From NCBI GenBank assembly GCA_051439425.1, contig JBFRWD010000006.1:1-63725 (forward strand): a stretch of 63,725 nucleotides of DNA, in the 5' to 3' direction. A program made the translations under genes and the position numbers. Below the pieces are notes generated by a model that had not been told where the DNA came from, made no database searches, and saw only the letters and a program-made list of their open reading frames with translations. Numbering within the stretch: position 1 is the stretch's first letter; each line of letters opens with the position of its first letter. The DNA is from Synechococcus sp. GTDB lineage: Bacteria > Cyanobacteriota > Cyanobacteriia > Thermostichales > PCC-7336. This document shows positions 27,168-37,717 of the stretch, piece by piece.

Positions 27168-29474
27168 CTGGCTAGCAATCCTTCGATCGCAGGTGTTTCT
27201 CCCGAGCGGCTGGCGGCGCTCGAGTCTATTCGCTCGCAGCTGCGGGACAAGCAACGGGTTCTGGCCGACTGGTCGGGAGGACCGATGGCGGTTTCGGCGG
27301 TGCCTGGAGCTGGTAAATCTACCGGAATGGCGGGGGGGGCAGCGATTGCCATTGCGACTCATCAACTACACCGCAACAAGCAATTGTTGGTAGTTACCTT
27401 CACCCGTTCCGCCGCTGCCCAAATTCGCAACAAAATTCGCGCTCACTTGCAGGCCTTGAAGCTACCGATGGGTGGCTTGGCCGTCTATACCATTCACGGA
27501 CTGAGCTTGGCGATCGCCCATCAACACCCAGATTTGTCGGGGATCGACGAAACCGTATCCGTCTTATCCGAAGGGGAGAAACGTCGCACGATTGCCAAAG
27601 CCTGCGAACGCTGGATCGATGACAATCCCAAACTGTTTCAAGAATTGCTGGAGGGGGGAGGATTTGATGGCGAAGAGAGCGAGCGACAGCGCCGAGTGAC
27701 GGTGCTACGGTCTGAAATTTTGCCGGATATTGCCCGTACCCTGATCCCCGAAGCGAAAAGCTCCGATCTCGATCCCGACAGTCTGGAGGCCATTGCTCGC
27801 ATTCCAGTGATACAGGCAGCTTCTACTGAGGATGTGTTAGGTGCCGGAAATCTGTCGGATGATGATTGGCTACTACCGCACTATCCCGTTTTAGAGATTG
27901 CCGCCCAGCTATATCGGCAGTACGAGCTGATTCGTCAGGAACGCCACCGGATTGATTACGATGACATGACCCGATCTGCGCTGCGGGTGTTGGCTCATCC
28001 CATCGCAAGAGAACAGTGGCAACATCAAGTTTTTGCAGTGTTTGAGGACGAAGCGCAAGACTCTAGCCTGCAACAGCAGCAGCTCCTGGAAATTTTGGCC
28101 CGCGATCCCCTGTCCGATCGGCTTAATTTTGTGCGAGTCGGCGATTCTAACCAAGCGATCAATTCCACGTTTACCCCTGCCGATCCGTTTTTCTTCCGCA
28201 CCTTTGCCGATCGCTGTCGCCGGCTCGGTAGCTTTCACGAGATGACGGAAGCGGGTCGCAGCAATATCGCAATCGTGGAGATCGCCAATCGCCTGCACCG
28301 CCAAGCCAATCAACTGCGGGACTGGGGCAACAACCAGCCCTTTCGCATTCAGGACATTCAACCGGTGCCGGCTGGCGATCCCCAACCCAACGCCAACCCT
28401 GCAGGACCAGGCGTAAAACTGCTGTTTCCCAAAGATATTCAGGCGGAAGCTGGTGCAATCGCAAATCGAGCCTCCCAGCTGCTCGAAGCCAATCCCAAAG
28501 GCAACGCAGCGGTTTTAGTACGCTACAGATCCCAAGTGCAGTTCCTCTATCGCCATCTTAAATCGGTGGCCAAATCGGCTGGCTTTCACCTGTATGACGC
28601 CGGACAATCGGGGCGGCGATCGCAGGTTCCGCTCGAACTGCTCGCCCTCATGCAATGGCTCAACCGCCCTCATTCCCCCCAATATCTGCGGAGAGCGCTG
28701 GATGTCTTGCACGATCGCACGATCGTCCCCAAGTTGAATTACAGCCGCTTATCTGGAATTCCGGAACAATTTCTCTATCCAGGGCCACTGGCTCCAGAAC
28801 TAGAACCCGCTGAACTCGCGGTTCAGAAACTATGCCGCAGCTTGCTCAAAGCCAGCCTGGAGTTGATGCCAACCGCTCTCCTGACGTTTCTGGCTCTAAC
28901 GCTGCGCTACGATGCCAACGAGTTAGCAACTACCGATAAGTTGGGCGATCGGATCGCTCGCCAAACCGGCTCCGCCCCACTATTGAAACAAGCGGTAGAC
29001 GTACTGCTGGAAATCGTGGCAGATGCCGATTTTTCTCCGCTGGAAGCCGATGCAGATTCTCTCTACACCCGCAGCAACCAGCTCACCCTCATGACCCTGC
29101 ACAGTGGCAAGGGATTGGATTGGGATTATGTCTTTTTGCCATTCGTCCATCAACGGACATTTCCCGGGGATGCCAAAGCCTTTGTGCCTCAAGGACATCG
29201 CTTTATTGGCGAGTTTAATTTGACCGACGTGGCGCGGGCGCAGTTGCGGGCTCACCTACACGGGCAAGCGATCCCGGACATTTTGACCGCTCAACAGCAG
29301 GCGCACCAGCTCAAAGGAGCCGAGGAGCTGCGGTTACTCTACGTTGGAATGACGCGAGCTAAGCGATTGCTGCATATCAGTGCGGCCCAAGAGGCCCCCT
29401 TTACGTGGTCGACGATCGCGAACCTTTCTCCTCAAGCCTGCAGTCCTTTGTTGAGATCGGAAAATGAAGCCTGA
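27168..29474 (+). CDS. UvrD/REP family ATP-dependent helicase (first ATG 27285; proposed CTG start 27168)
   Basis: AVPGAGKS, VTFTRSAA, EDEAQD, VGDSNQAI, TLHSGKGLDWD, EELRLLYVGMTRAK. The frame is open upstream to TGA 27162 and encodes LRDKQ...DWSGGP. Confidence 0.9.
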   Translation: MASNPSIAGVSPERLAALESIRSQLRDKQRVLADWSGGPMAVSAVPGAGKSTGMAGGAAIAIATHQLHRNKQLLVVTFTRSAAAQIRNKIRAHLQALKLPMGGLAVYTIHGLSLAIAHQHPDLSGIDETVSVLSEGEKRRTIAKACERWIDDNPKLFQELLEGGGFDGEESERQRRVTVLRSEILPDIARTLIPEAKSSDLDPDSLEAIARIPVIQAASTEDVLGAGNLSDDDWLLPHYPVLEIAAQLYRQYELIRQERHRIDYDDMTRSALRVLAHPIAREQWQHQVFAVFEDEAQDSSLQQQQLLEILARDPLSDRLNFVRVGDSNQAINSTFTPADPFFFRTFADRCRRLGSFHEMTEAGRSNIAIVEIANRLHRQANQLRDWGNNQPFRIQDIQPVPAGDPQPNANPAGPGVKLLFPKDIQAEAGAIANRASQLLEANPKGNAAVLVRYRSQVQFLYRHLKSVAKSAGFHLYDAGQSGRRSQVPLELLALMQWLNRPHSPQYLRRALDVLHDRTIVPKLNYSRLSGIPEQFLYPGPLAPELEPAELAVQKLCRSLLKASLELMPTALLTFLALTLRYDANELATTDKLGDRIARQTGSAPLLKQAVDVLLEIVADADFSPLEADADSLYTRSNQLTLMTLHSGKGLDWDYVFLPFVHQRTFPGDAKAFVPQGHRFIGEFNLTDVARAQLRAHLHGQAIPDILTAQQQAHQLKGAEELRLLYVGMTRAKRLLHISAAQEAPFTWSTIANLSPQACSPLLRSENEA

Positions 29475-29490
29475 AAACACCGCCAAGCGG

Positions 29491-30468
29491 CTACCCAGAC
29501 AGACTATGCAAGTCAAGCAGCACATCATCGACTAGTGCATAGCGCAATCGCCAATCCTGCTGCACCATTTTGGCAAGAATCCTCAGTAATCCCTGTTGGA
29601 TGGAATAACCGTGCAGCGGTACTGGGCCATCCGCTTTCCCTCCATGCAAGTGGTAAGCGGGAATGCCTGTCAGCATTTCTAACGCCACAATGCCCAACGC
29701 ATACAGATCGCTATTCAGGCGAGGATGTCCTTGCATCTGCTCGGGAGAGGCGTAGCCTCGCGAGCCGATGGCTGTAGAGCGCTGTCCCCACTGGCCCACC
29801 AACTGCTTGGCGGCACCAAAATCAATCAGGCAGTAGTGCTGAGATTGCACCGACAAAATAATGTTGGAAGGCTTGATATCTCGGTGAATGACGCCGCGAT
29901 CGTGAACAAATTGCAAGACAGACAGCATGTGGCACAAAAACTCTATGGTGCGATCTTCCGTCCAAGACCGACCTTCTTGTAGCAACTCCTGCACCGACGG
30001 ACCTTCCAGGAATTGTTGCACGATATAGAACCCTCCATCCGCTTCAAACGAATCGAGAAAATCGGGGATTTGTGAATGTTCTCCCAACTGAGCTAGCAAT
30101 CGGGCTTCCCGTCGGAGAAACCGCTCTTGTGTTTGGGCCATGTCTCCTGATTGCTGGCCCAAGTTCAGGTGTTTGATCACGCATTTAGGGCGATTGGATT
30201 GGAGCGTGTCGCAGGCAAGATAGGTATTCCCAAACCCCCCTTTGGTAATGCTTTTAAGAATTTGATAGCGATGAACATTGGAGGATAGCTGCTGGTTGCA
30301 TTTGGAGTTGCTAGCCATCTCGCTCGCTCCATTTCCCTGCAGCGACACAGCACGCTCGACTTTCCAGCAGTTGGCGTCAAACGAACGATAGAGCAGAGAG
30401 TGAGGCGGTAATGTGGGCCCTCCTGACTGCTTGGGTAGATAAGGAACTGTGGGAGATTCTAATATCAT
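29491..30468 (-). CDS. Hanks-type serine/threonine protein kinase (kinase domain only)
   Basis: GGFGNTY, CVIK, HRDIKPSN, IDFG, GYASPEQ, SDLYALG; start uncertain. Confidence 0.93.
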   Translation of the reverse strand: MILESPTVPYLPKQSGGPTLPPHSLLYRSFDANCWKVERAVSLQGNGASEMASNSKCNQQLSSNVHRYQILKSITKGGFGNTYLACDTLQSNRPKCVIKHLNLGQQSGDMAQTQERFLRREARLLAQLGEHSQIPDFLDSFEADGGFYIVQQFLEGPSVQELLQEGRSWTEDRTIEFLCHMLSVLQFVHDRGVIHRDIKPSNIILSVQSQHYCLIDFGAAKQLVGQWGQRSTAIGSRGYASPEQMQGHPRLNSDLYALGIVALEMLTGIPAYHLHGGKADGPVPLHGYSIQQGLLRILAKMVQQDWRLRYALVDDVLLDLHSLSG

Positions 30469-30864
30469 TGCTTCGAGGCAAAACCGTTTTTACAGCTGTG
30501 AAGCAGGGGTGGTAACCCATCCCCATAGTCGTCTCCTGATTCCCCCTTTGAGCGATTGAGTCAACAACATTGATTCAAAAACTATGGGGTCGCAAAGACA
30601 GTTGTTCGCTCGATCGACTTGGCTGTTGACGGCATTCATTAGCCGTGCCAAAACCTGATTAAGTCCAGTAAGCCTAAGTGTGCCCAACTGGACACAATGT
30701 GAAGCTGTTGGCCAATTACTTTTCACTAAGCCAGTCTGGACTCGTACCGTGCCAGCGGACAAGTGATGGACGATCGCCCCCCTTCAGGCTGCATGCAAAT
30801 ATCCTGCTTCGAGCGAGTCAATACGCTGCTTACTGAATCCCATCATCGCCAGCCTGACAAACTG

Positions 30865-32460
30865 CTAATGCTGTAACGGTATCGCACCCCCCAAATCTTG
30901 GTAGCCGTATAAGCTACAAACTCTGGACGCACCTCGGGCCGTCGCCGATTGCGCTTCATTCAGGGCAGGGTGATACTGCAAGCGATCGCACGCTACGTGC
31001 AACCAATGCTGCCACTGATCTTCTCGATGCTCGGGTGCGGCCGTTTCTCCAGACAGTTCCCGTAAATCCCACAGTCTGACCACCCCCGAGCGGGTACCGC
31101 AGACCATCCAATTTCCGCAGGGAGATGCGGCCGCAGCTGCTATCGTGTCTGGAGTTTCCCCCTGCAGTCGGCGATGCATGTGTCCGGCACTATCCCACTG
31201 CACGCTTCCCGTCTCTCCTGCACTGGTCACGATGGTCTGGTCCGCCAACACAATAACTGTCGTAATCGGTCGATCCGCCGCTTGCCAGCGATTCTGAACC
31301 CCAGTCTTTATTGACTGCACCCACAATTCCCCATCGCGTGACCCGCACACGAGCTGCTGGCTGTTGCGATCGATGCAGAGGCTGGTGATGGCCCCCATAG
31401 GCGTGTCAACACTCCGCTCTAGTTGTCCCGTTTGCCCATCCCATATATGGACATGCCCGTCGCTCCCTCCTCCAACCAACCCATGACCCAACGGTTCGAA
31501 CTGCAAGACTCGAATCAAGGTTTGGGGACTGTGAGCGCGATATCCTCCGACCCGATCCCTCTCAAGTGGTTGGTTGGGGTCAACTGGGTGGTTGTGGCTT
31601 TGACTACTATCAATCCCCCCCTGCGTTAGTGCTAGTGCCGGATGGCGAGACTGTACGTAGGAGTCAATCGGCCAAATATGAACGACTAAATCCGTTCCCG
31701 AGCTGGCGATGCGATCGCCCTCTGGAGACACGGCCACGGACAGTATTGCTCCTTCGTGCTGGAATTGCTGCGACCCAATCGGCTGACCTTCTAATGTCCA
31801 GAGATTGACGCTACCGTTGCTTCCCCCTGTTGCCACCATTTGCCCACGGGGGCCAAATGCCACCGAGCGCACTTCGGCAAATTCATACGCTTGCCATTGA
31901 TGTCGGACCCGGCCAGCGCGATCGAGGAGAACCACATTACCTTGCTCGCAGGCAACTGCTGCCCACTGATTGTTAGGGCTGATAGCCAGCGCAGTAATTC
32001 CCCCCATTCCCAAAGCCACGTATCCTCGCTCGCGAGCACCTTCGACAGCCCGATACAGTCGCTCGGCAGTATCGCTAGGAACGGGGCGTTGACAACTGAG
32101 GTGAGTACCGATTGAGTGTATGGCAGCAATGAGTTCAGCCGTGTTAGGCGTGGCTGGAGCTAAATGGCGGTGTTTTTGGCAATGTAAATCGGATGGTGTG
32201 TTGAAGGGGAGGGAGGAACTTTGATGGTTAATGGGCGCTCGCAATAAAAGCTGGGTTTCCTGTTCCCATTCCAGCTCATCACTGAGACGAATAAATTCAT
32301 GAATATCGGCAGGCAAATGGTCCAAATCATGAGGACGCAACATGCGAGCAGCCTGCAGTAGATCGCCGGTTAGCAGCCGTTCGTTCTCGGGAAAGTCCTT
32401 CCATTCCTCCCACCCCCTGACGATTTGTTCGATAGAGTTCATATCGCACCCGAATATCAC
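30865..32460 (-). CDS. WD40 repeat protein
   Basis: Repeated units such as ATGGSNGSVNLW, SSGTDLVVHIW, GGSDGHVHIWD and GTRSGVVRLWD. Confidence 0.9.
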   Translation of the reverse strand: MIFGCDMNSIEQIVRGWEEWKDFPENERLLTGDLLQAARMLRPHDLDHLPADIHEFIRLSDELEWEQETQLLLRAPINHQSSSLPFNTPSDLHCQKHRHLAPATPNTAELIAAIHSIGTHLSCQRPVPSDTAERLYRAVEGARERGYVALGMGGITALAISPNNQWAAVACEQGNVVLLDRAGRVRHQWQAYEFAEVRSVAFGPRGQMVATGGSNGSVNLWTLEGQPIGSQQFQHEGAILSVAVSPEGDRIASSGTDLVVHIWPIDSYVQSRHPALALTQGGIDSSQSHNHPVDPNQPLERDRVGGYRAHSPQTLIRVLQFEPLGHGLVGGGSDGHVHIWDGQTGQLERSVDTPMGAITSLCIDRNSQQLVCGSRDGELWVQSIKTGVQNRWQAADRPITTVIVLADQTIVTSAGETGSVQWDSAGHMHRRLQGETPDTIAAAAASPCGNWMVCGTRSGVVRLWDLRELSGETAAPEHREDQWQHWLHVACDRLQYHPALNEAQSATARGASRVCSLYGYQDLGGAIPLQH

Positions 32461-32514
32461 CCTTCACCAAAACTGTACCCAGCGAATCAATCAGTCAATC
32501 GATGATGGTTGGGG

Positions 32515-32582
32515 AGTTCTTAGTTCGTCCTAAGTCCCTAGTCCTAAGTTGCAAAGTAAATGACCGATGACCAATGACCAGT
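32515..32582. repeat. Heptamer (STRR-like) inverted array, locus 1
   Basis: AGTCCTA-like units, a spacer, then TGACCRA units. Confidence 0.7.
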
Positions 32583-32597
32583 CAGACTCTACCTTCC

Positions 32598-33023
32598 CTA
32601 CCGAATAAACCGATCCAACGCCCGCTTCAACTCATCCAGTTCCACCTTGATATCCCCACTCTCCGCCGCATGGGCAATACACTCCGTAATATGGTCATCT
32701 AAAACCAGCCGCGCCACCCGATCGAGCGCTCCTCTCACTGCTGCAAGTTGAAGCAGCACGTCAGGGCAGGGTTCCTGGTGCTGAATCATGGAACGAATTC
32801 CGCGCACATGTCCCTCAATACGAGAGAGTCGATTGACTAATTTTCGTTGAGCTTCGGGATCGTGGATGTGAGGGTGAGCTTTGGTATGGGCATGTAAATG
32901 CGTCTTGTCTGCAGAACTGGGTATGTTGGCAAGCAACCGATCGTCCAGCACATCGGCATGGCTCTCGTGAAGATCCGGGCGATCGCCTGCAGAGTCATTG
33001 GGGGTGGCTGAAGAAGTGGGCAT
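32598..33023 (-). CDS. CsoR/RcnR family metal-sensing repressor (InrS-like)
   Basis: His-rich N-terminus, NRLSRIEGHVRG, CPDVLLQ and DDHITEC. Confidence 0.9.
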   Translation of the reverse strand: MPTSSATPNDSAGDRPDLHESHADVLDDRLLANIPSSADKTHLHAHTKAHPHIHDPEAQRKLVNRLSRIEGHVRGIRSMIQHQEPCPDVLLQLAAVRGALDRVARLVLDDHITECIAHAAESGDIKVELDELKRALDRFIR

Positions 33024-33180
33024 GATGAAGGGCGATGCAAAACGGGTGAACTCGTGGCTCTCATCCTAGCTAAGTTCTATAGAGTCACCCTAGATTTTTT
33101 GTTCTCTCACAAGCCTGTTTTACCCCAGTAAGGCAAGAGTGTGGAAGCGATATCGAATGCAGCCAAAGTCGGTGGCGACA

Positions 33181-33660
33181 TCAATACCCGGCGGGGAATT
33201 GTCTCGGGGTTTCGGGTGGAGGGGCTGGCCGTAATAGCGATCGAGACGGAGCCGCTTCTACATGAACCACTCGTTCGGGAGTGACCGGCACCATTTCGCG
33301 ACTCCGTGCAGTCTCGCGCATCGCATTGTCGACCCCTTCTCCATGAATCTGCAGAACGCGTTCATCATCTCGTAGCTGTTCGAGCCGGTTATACTCGCTG
33401 TCCCAGATCTGACGAGTTTGAACGACATCAACGTAGGTAAATAGTGCTGCGGCCGTTGCCAGGGAGGCGACCCCCGCTAAGGCTGTTTTGGCGTAGTTGA
33501 TGTATCGCAACCAGCCAGGCATGGCTTCATTACGAGAACCGATACCGATCTCGATGACCTGCGCCCGCTGTCGAACGGGTGGCTGAGAAGGGGCAGTTCG
33601 TCGTGACGAGCGGCGGCGACGGGGAACAACGGGTTCGAATTTCGGCTGCGGTAGGGCCAT
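33181..33660 (-). CDS. Hypothetical bitopic protein, FtsL-like
   Basis: Directly downstream of rsmH; basic N-terminus, one TM helix, then a predicted coiled coil. Confidence 0.65.
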   Translation of the reverse strand: MALPQPKFEPVVPRRRRSSRRTAPSQPPVRQRAQVIEIGIGSRNEAMPGWLRYINYAKTALAGVASLATAAALFTYVDVVQTRQIWDSEYNRLEQLRDDERVLQIHGEGVDNAMRETARSREMVPVTPERVVHVEAAPSRSLLRPAPPPETPRQFPAGY

Positions 33661-33804
33661 AGGAATTTGGGGGTGAGAGCTGAAGGATTAGGTGTTCGCA
33701 CCAATGACGCAGTTAGCCTGTGTGGGAATTGAACGGGTGAAACCCAAAAAATGGAGTGCGCGGACTAGCCCAAAACCGCTACTCAAAAGCTAGCAGCAGT
33801 CCCA

Positions 33805-34692
33805 TCAAGGTTGAGAGACAACAGGTTCGGGGAGTCGCTGTGCCGCTCGAAGTTTGGCAGATCGCGCTCGCGGATTCGAACGAGTTTCCGACTGGTTGGC
33901 CTGCACGGGCTTTTTGGTCAGAATTGTTAGGCGCTCGTCGTGGCGGAAGCCCCACTTGACGCGGCGATCTTCAAGGCTGTGGAAACTAATGATAACCAGT
34001 CTTCCGTCAGGATGCAGCCAAGTGGGAGCGAATTGCAGCAGCCGATCGAGGGCGTCTAATTCGCCGTTGACGGCGATGCGTAGGGCCTGAAAGACACGGG
34101 TGGCGGGGTGAATTCGTCCGTAGCGGGCTTTTCCGGGGACAGCGTCGCGAATTACTTCAGCAAGTTGGGTAGTACTGGAAAAGGGACGCCGGGCAACGAT
34201 TTGTCGCGCAATCCGTTTGGAAAAGCGCTCTTCTCCATATTCAGAAAAAATTTTGACGAGATCTTCTTCATCCCGATGGTTGACCCAATCGGCAGCGGTG
34301 GGCAGGTTGCTGTCGGGGTTCATGCGCATATCGAGGGGGGCGTCGTGACGGAAGCTGAAGCCGCGCTCGGGGCGATCGAGTTGGGGGGAGCTGACGCCTA
34401 GGTCGGCGATGATGCCATTGAATAGTTCGGTCGGTTGGTAATTGGCAAAGTTGGTGTGAACGAATTCGATGCTGGCTCGATCGCGATAGGGCTCCAATCG
34501 CTGTTGGGCGGCGGCGAGGGCAGAGCGATCGCGATCGAGGGCAACAATACGCTTTGCCCCGGCTTCAATTAGGGCTGCTGTATGACCACCACCGCCGACT
34601 GTAGCGTCGAGGTAACGACCTTCAGGCGTGACGTTGAGATAGGCGATCGCCTCTTCTCGCAATACGGTGACGTGAACGAACGAACTTTCCAA
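33805..34692 (-). CDS. rsmH: 16S rRNA m4C1402 methyltransferase
   Basis: DATVGGGGH, DLGVSSPQLD, HPATRVFQALRI, SFHSLEDR, NPRARSAKLR. Confidence 0.98.
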   Translation of the reverse strand: MESSFVHVTVLREEAIAYLNVTPEGRYLDATVGGGGHTAALIEAGAKRIVALDRDRSALAAAQQRLEPYRDRASIEFVHTNFANYQPTELFNGIIADLGVSSPQLDRPERGFSFRHDAPLDMRMNPDSNLPTAADWVNHRDEEDLVKIFSEYGEERFSKRIARQIVARRPFSSTTQLAEVIRDAVPGKARYGRIHPATRVFQALRIAVNGELDALDRLLQFAPTWLHPDGRLVIISFHSLEDRRVKWGFRHDERLTILTKKPVQANQSETRSNPRARSAKLRAAQRLPEPVVSQP

Positions 34693-34778
34693 CAGCAGCT
34701 ACCTACCCAATCCCTTCTATTGTCCCCATCACAGGTATGACCGGTCATGAAAGTGGGGAGAGCATCAGGAGCTGCGAA

Positions 34779-36359
34779 CTAACGTTCAAAATCTCCACCG
34801 GAGCCGTACTTCCATGCCTGCAATCGCTGATGCCAGCGGTATTGGGCACGAGGAGAAAGAGATGCGATCGCCGGTTCCAACACTCGCCCTAACGGATTCA
34901 ACAGACTGTAGCTGCCTAACGCCGCATAGTGAGCCGTCCATTCTAGCAGCGCCGGAATTCCCACCTGCGGCAGCACTTTCAACGTAATGATGGGATCGAT
35001 CGCCGTCGTCCTCAGTAATGCCTGAGCCAATGCAGGAAATTGCACCACATCCTGCAAAAACGGCTTCAGCACCCCATCCCCGGCCTGTTCCATGCCTTTA
35101 AAAACTGCGACTAGTAGATCGTTGATGCGATTGGGAGGAAGTTGTTGACCGACGCGGGCACTCATGGAGCGCTGGAATAGCCAGGTTACCGCCAGATTGG
35201 GTTGATAGGGCTGCAGCAGATTGAGATCGGATTTTGTCAACGCATCTGCGTTCAGGGCTTCGTCGATCCCCGCTGTCAACCGGGAAAGGTGGCGCAGCAT
35301 GGCTCCAAAACCACCGAAACTGAGGGGAGATTGGCTGCTGCTGCTGTCGCCGATGGGCAGAACGCGATCGTTCGGAGCCCCCAACGGGCTATGGCGGTAG
35401 CACGGAAAGAACCCAAACAGCGCCCGTTTCCAAACCAGTTGGCTGAGTTCGACAGTCTGATAATCGGGTAATAGACGCAGATATTCGTCAAAGAAATCTT
35501 CCAAACTAGGGCGATCGGGATGGGCATCTAGATAGCTAAACATGTAAGTCGTGCGACCATCGCGAGCCGGAAACGCTTCCCAAAAGTACTGGCACTGTCC
35601 CCCAATCGACTTATCCCCTCTAGACATTTTTTCTGTCGGCGTAAAGGATACGAGCAAATCCCCTGTCTCGTTCTCGGTATATCCCTGTGCGCAAGTACCC
35701 ACCACCACGCAAATAGCATCCGGTGTTTGTCCTTGGCGAGCCTGTCGAGCAATGGGAGAAAAATGGCCCATCGCGTCCAGCAAGAGTCTTGAGGTGAGTC
35801 GGCGATCGCCCCCCAACACTTCCACACCATCGGGATGAACCACAACGTTCTCTACTGGCGTATGCTCCAGAAGTGTTCCGCCATCCGCCAAAAACCGTGC
35901 CTTCAACTGCTCCAACAAAGTTTCCGGGCTCACCCCAATATTGAGTACATCCCGCACCCACACGTCTTCGCCCCCCAAGAAGCTCAACCGCACCGGGTTG
36001 AATTCCATCGCGATCGCCGTTTCTAGCTCCTCCTCCGAGAGCAACTCCAGCTCGACTAACACCTGCAACTCATGGCGAGAAATATTCCACTCCTGTTCCC
36101 GCCCCCGCAACTGTCCTCGTTCCAGTACCGCCACCCGCCAACCCTGCCGAGCCAGCGCAGCCCCCATGACAATGCCCAGCGTGCCACCCGCGATCGCCAC
36201 ATCAAATTCGCAATCTCCGAGAGCTGCCTGGCTCTCGCTCAGCACTTCAGGAGTCGGCAAGGTGCCGTTGCGAATGGCCGACCACATGGCATCCGCCCGC
36301 TGTAAATTCTTGTATGCATTACCGGGCAGAGACGAAAGAATGTCTTGGGTGAGGGTCAT
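34779..36359 (-). CDS. cruP: CruA/CruP family FAD-dependent lycopene cyclase (CruP-sized)
   Basis: GGTLG, GREQEWNISR, DAMGHFSPI, QSPLSFGGFG and YGSGGD; start placed at ATG 36359. Confidence 0.8.
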   Translation of the reverse strand: MTLTQDILSSLPGNAYKNLQRADAMWSAIRNGTLPTPEVLSESQAALGDCEFDVAIAGGTLGIVMGAALARQGWRVAVLERGQLRGREQEWNISRHELQVLVELELLSEEELETAIAMEFNPVRLSFLGGEDVWVRDVLNIGVSPETLLEQLKARFLADGGTLLEHTPVENVVVHPDGVEVLGGDRRLTSRLLLDAMGHFSPIARQARQGQTPDAICVVVGTCAQGYTENETGDLLVSFTPTEKMSRGDKSIGGQCQYFWEAFPARDGRTTYMFSYLDAHPDRPSLEDFFDEYLRLLPDYQTVELSQLVWKRALFGFFPCYRHSPLGAPNDRVLPIGDSSSSQSPLSFGGFGAMLRHLSRLTAGIDEALNADALTKSDLNLLQPYQPNLAVTWLFQRSMSARVGQQLPPNRINDLLVAVFKGMEQAGDGVLKPFLQDVVQFPALAQALLRTTAIDPIITLKVLPQVGIPALLEWTAHYAALGSYSLLNPLGRVLEPAIASLSPRAQYRWHQRLQAWKYGSGGDFER

Positions 36360-36621
36360 GGGTTTTAGTGCACGCGTTGCTTCGATCCTAATCGAGTCAT
36401 CTGCTTTGTTCGGGGTTTTCCCCATCTGCCATTCCAAGCCAAGCTGGACCAGCACTGGACACATCTCTGCTGGACTGGTCGCATAGTCGTCTATCTACGA
36501 GCAGTACAGTTCTACAGTGCTGGTGAACGTAGCTGGTGAGGCTATGGTGGAGAGCGCGCATTTCATTAAAGACGCGCTATTCCAGTACTAGAACGACAAT
36601 CGTCGACAGCGAGGCCCATTC

Positions 36622-37560
36622 ATGTACGTCATCACAAATCGCAATCTTGAAGAAGATGAGTCCGGCGCTAAACAATTTGGAATTTCTTTCAACGAAGAGG
36701 GGCCGGGGATTTTGCGGCTGGCGGAAGCGCAATATGAGGATGGCACGTGGACGGTTGAGGTTTTAGGCGAACATGTCACCTACGAAGAGCGAGACATGCT
36801 TGCTAGCGAAGCCGCTTTTCTCAAGACTCAAAAAAAGATGTGCGAGCAATCCCGCAGCTGCTTGATTTTCTGTCACGGCTTTAACACCAGTTTTGAGGGA
36901 GCATTGGAAGCGGCCTATCAAATCGAGCAAGTCTACGATCTGGAAGTAGCGCTGTTTTCATGGCCCTCTGACGGCAGGCTGACCAACTATCTGAGCGACA
37001 AACAGCAAGCACTGGAATCTCTGCTGGCGTTCGATCGCTTTTTAGAAAAACTGCGAGGTTACTTTCTCCAATATCGCGATCGCAACTGCGGCCAGAAATT
37101 TAGTCTGGCGATGCACAGCATGGGCAATTTCATGTTCGAAAACCTGATTGAGTCTGAAGCCTATCAGGGGGAAACCCATTTTTTGGACAACATCATTCTG
37201 CTGTCTGCTGACGTTAACAATCCCGAGCACGAAACCTGGCTCGATCGTGTCAAATGTCGCAATCGCTTGTTTGTCACCATCAACGAAGACGACTTTGCCC
37301 TCAACCTGTCAGATAGCAAGCTGGGGGCCGAGCAAAAAGCTCGCTTGGGCAATACCCTCCGCAATTTGTCATCCAGCAATGCCTTTTACGTTGACTTCAC
37401 CGATGCAGACCGTGTGGAGAATCAACACAATTACTTTTCAAACGAGAAAGTCCTGCAAAACCAGGGCATCAAGAAATTTTTTCAGATTGCCTTCAATGGG
37501 GGGCGTGCAGAACGGGGGTTGGACTTCAATACCGGTGCCGGAGCTTACATCGTGAAATAG
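36622..37560 (+). CDS. DUF900 family alpha/beta hydrolase
   Basis: FCHGFNTSF, FSWPSDG, AMHSMGN. Confidence 0.88.
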   Translation: MYVITNRNLEEDESGAKQFGISFNEEGPGILRLAEAQYEDGTWTVEVLGEHVTYEERDMLASEAAFLKTQKKMCEQSRSCLIFCHGFNTSFEGALEAAYQIEQVYDLEVALFSWPSDGRLTNYLSDKQQALESLLAFDRFLEKLRGYFLQYRDRNCGQKFSLAMHSMGNFMFENLIESEAYQGETHFLDNIILLSADVNNPEHETWLDRVKCRNRLFVTINEDDFALNLSDSKLGAEQKARLGNTLRNLSSSNAFYVDFTDADRVENQHNYFSNEKVLQNQGIKKFFQIAFNGGRAERGLDFNTGAGAYIVK

Positions 37561-37717
37561 TGAATGGTCAGGCTTGCTGAGAGTGAGGTCATCAAACTAT
37601 GGCTGCAGCCAACCTAGTGGGAGACTGACCTCTCCATCACCAAACGAATTCGTGAACAGCTCTATGCTGTTTCAGAATGAATATACGTTCACTTGGTGAG
37701 TATGGGGAGATAGAGTC

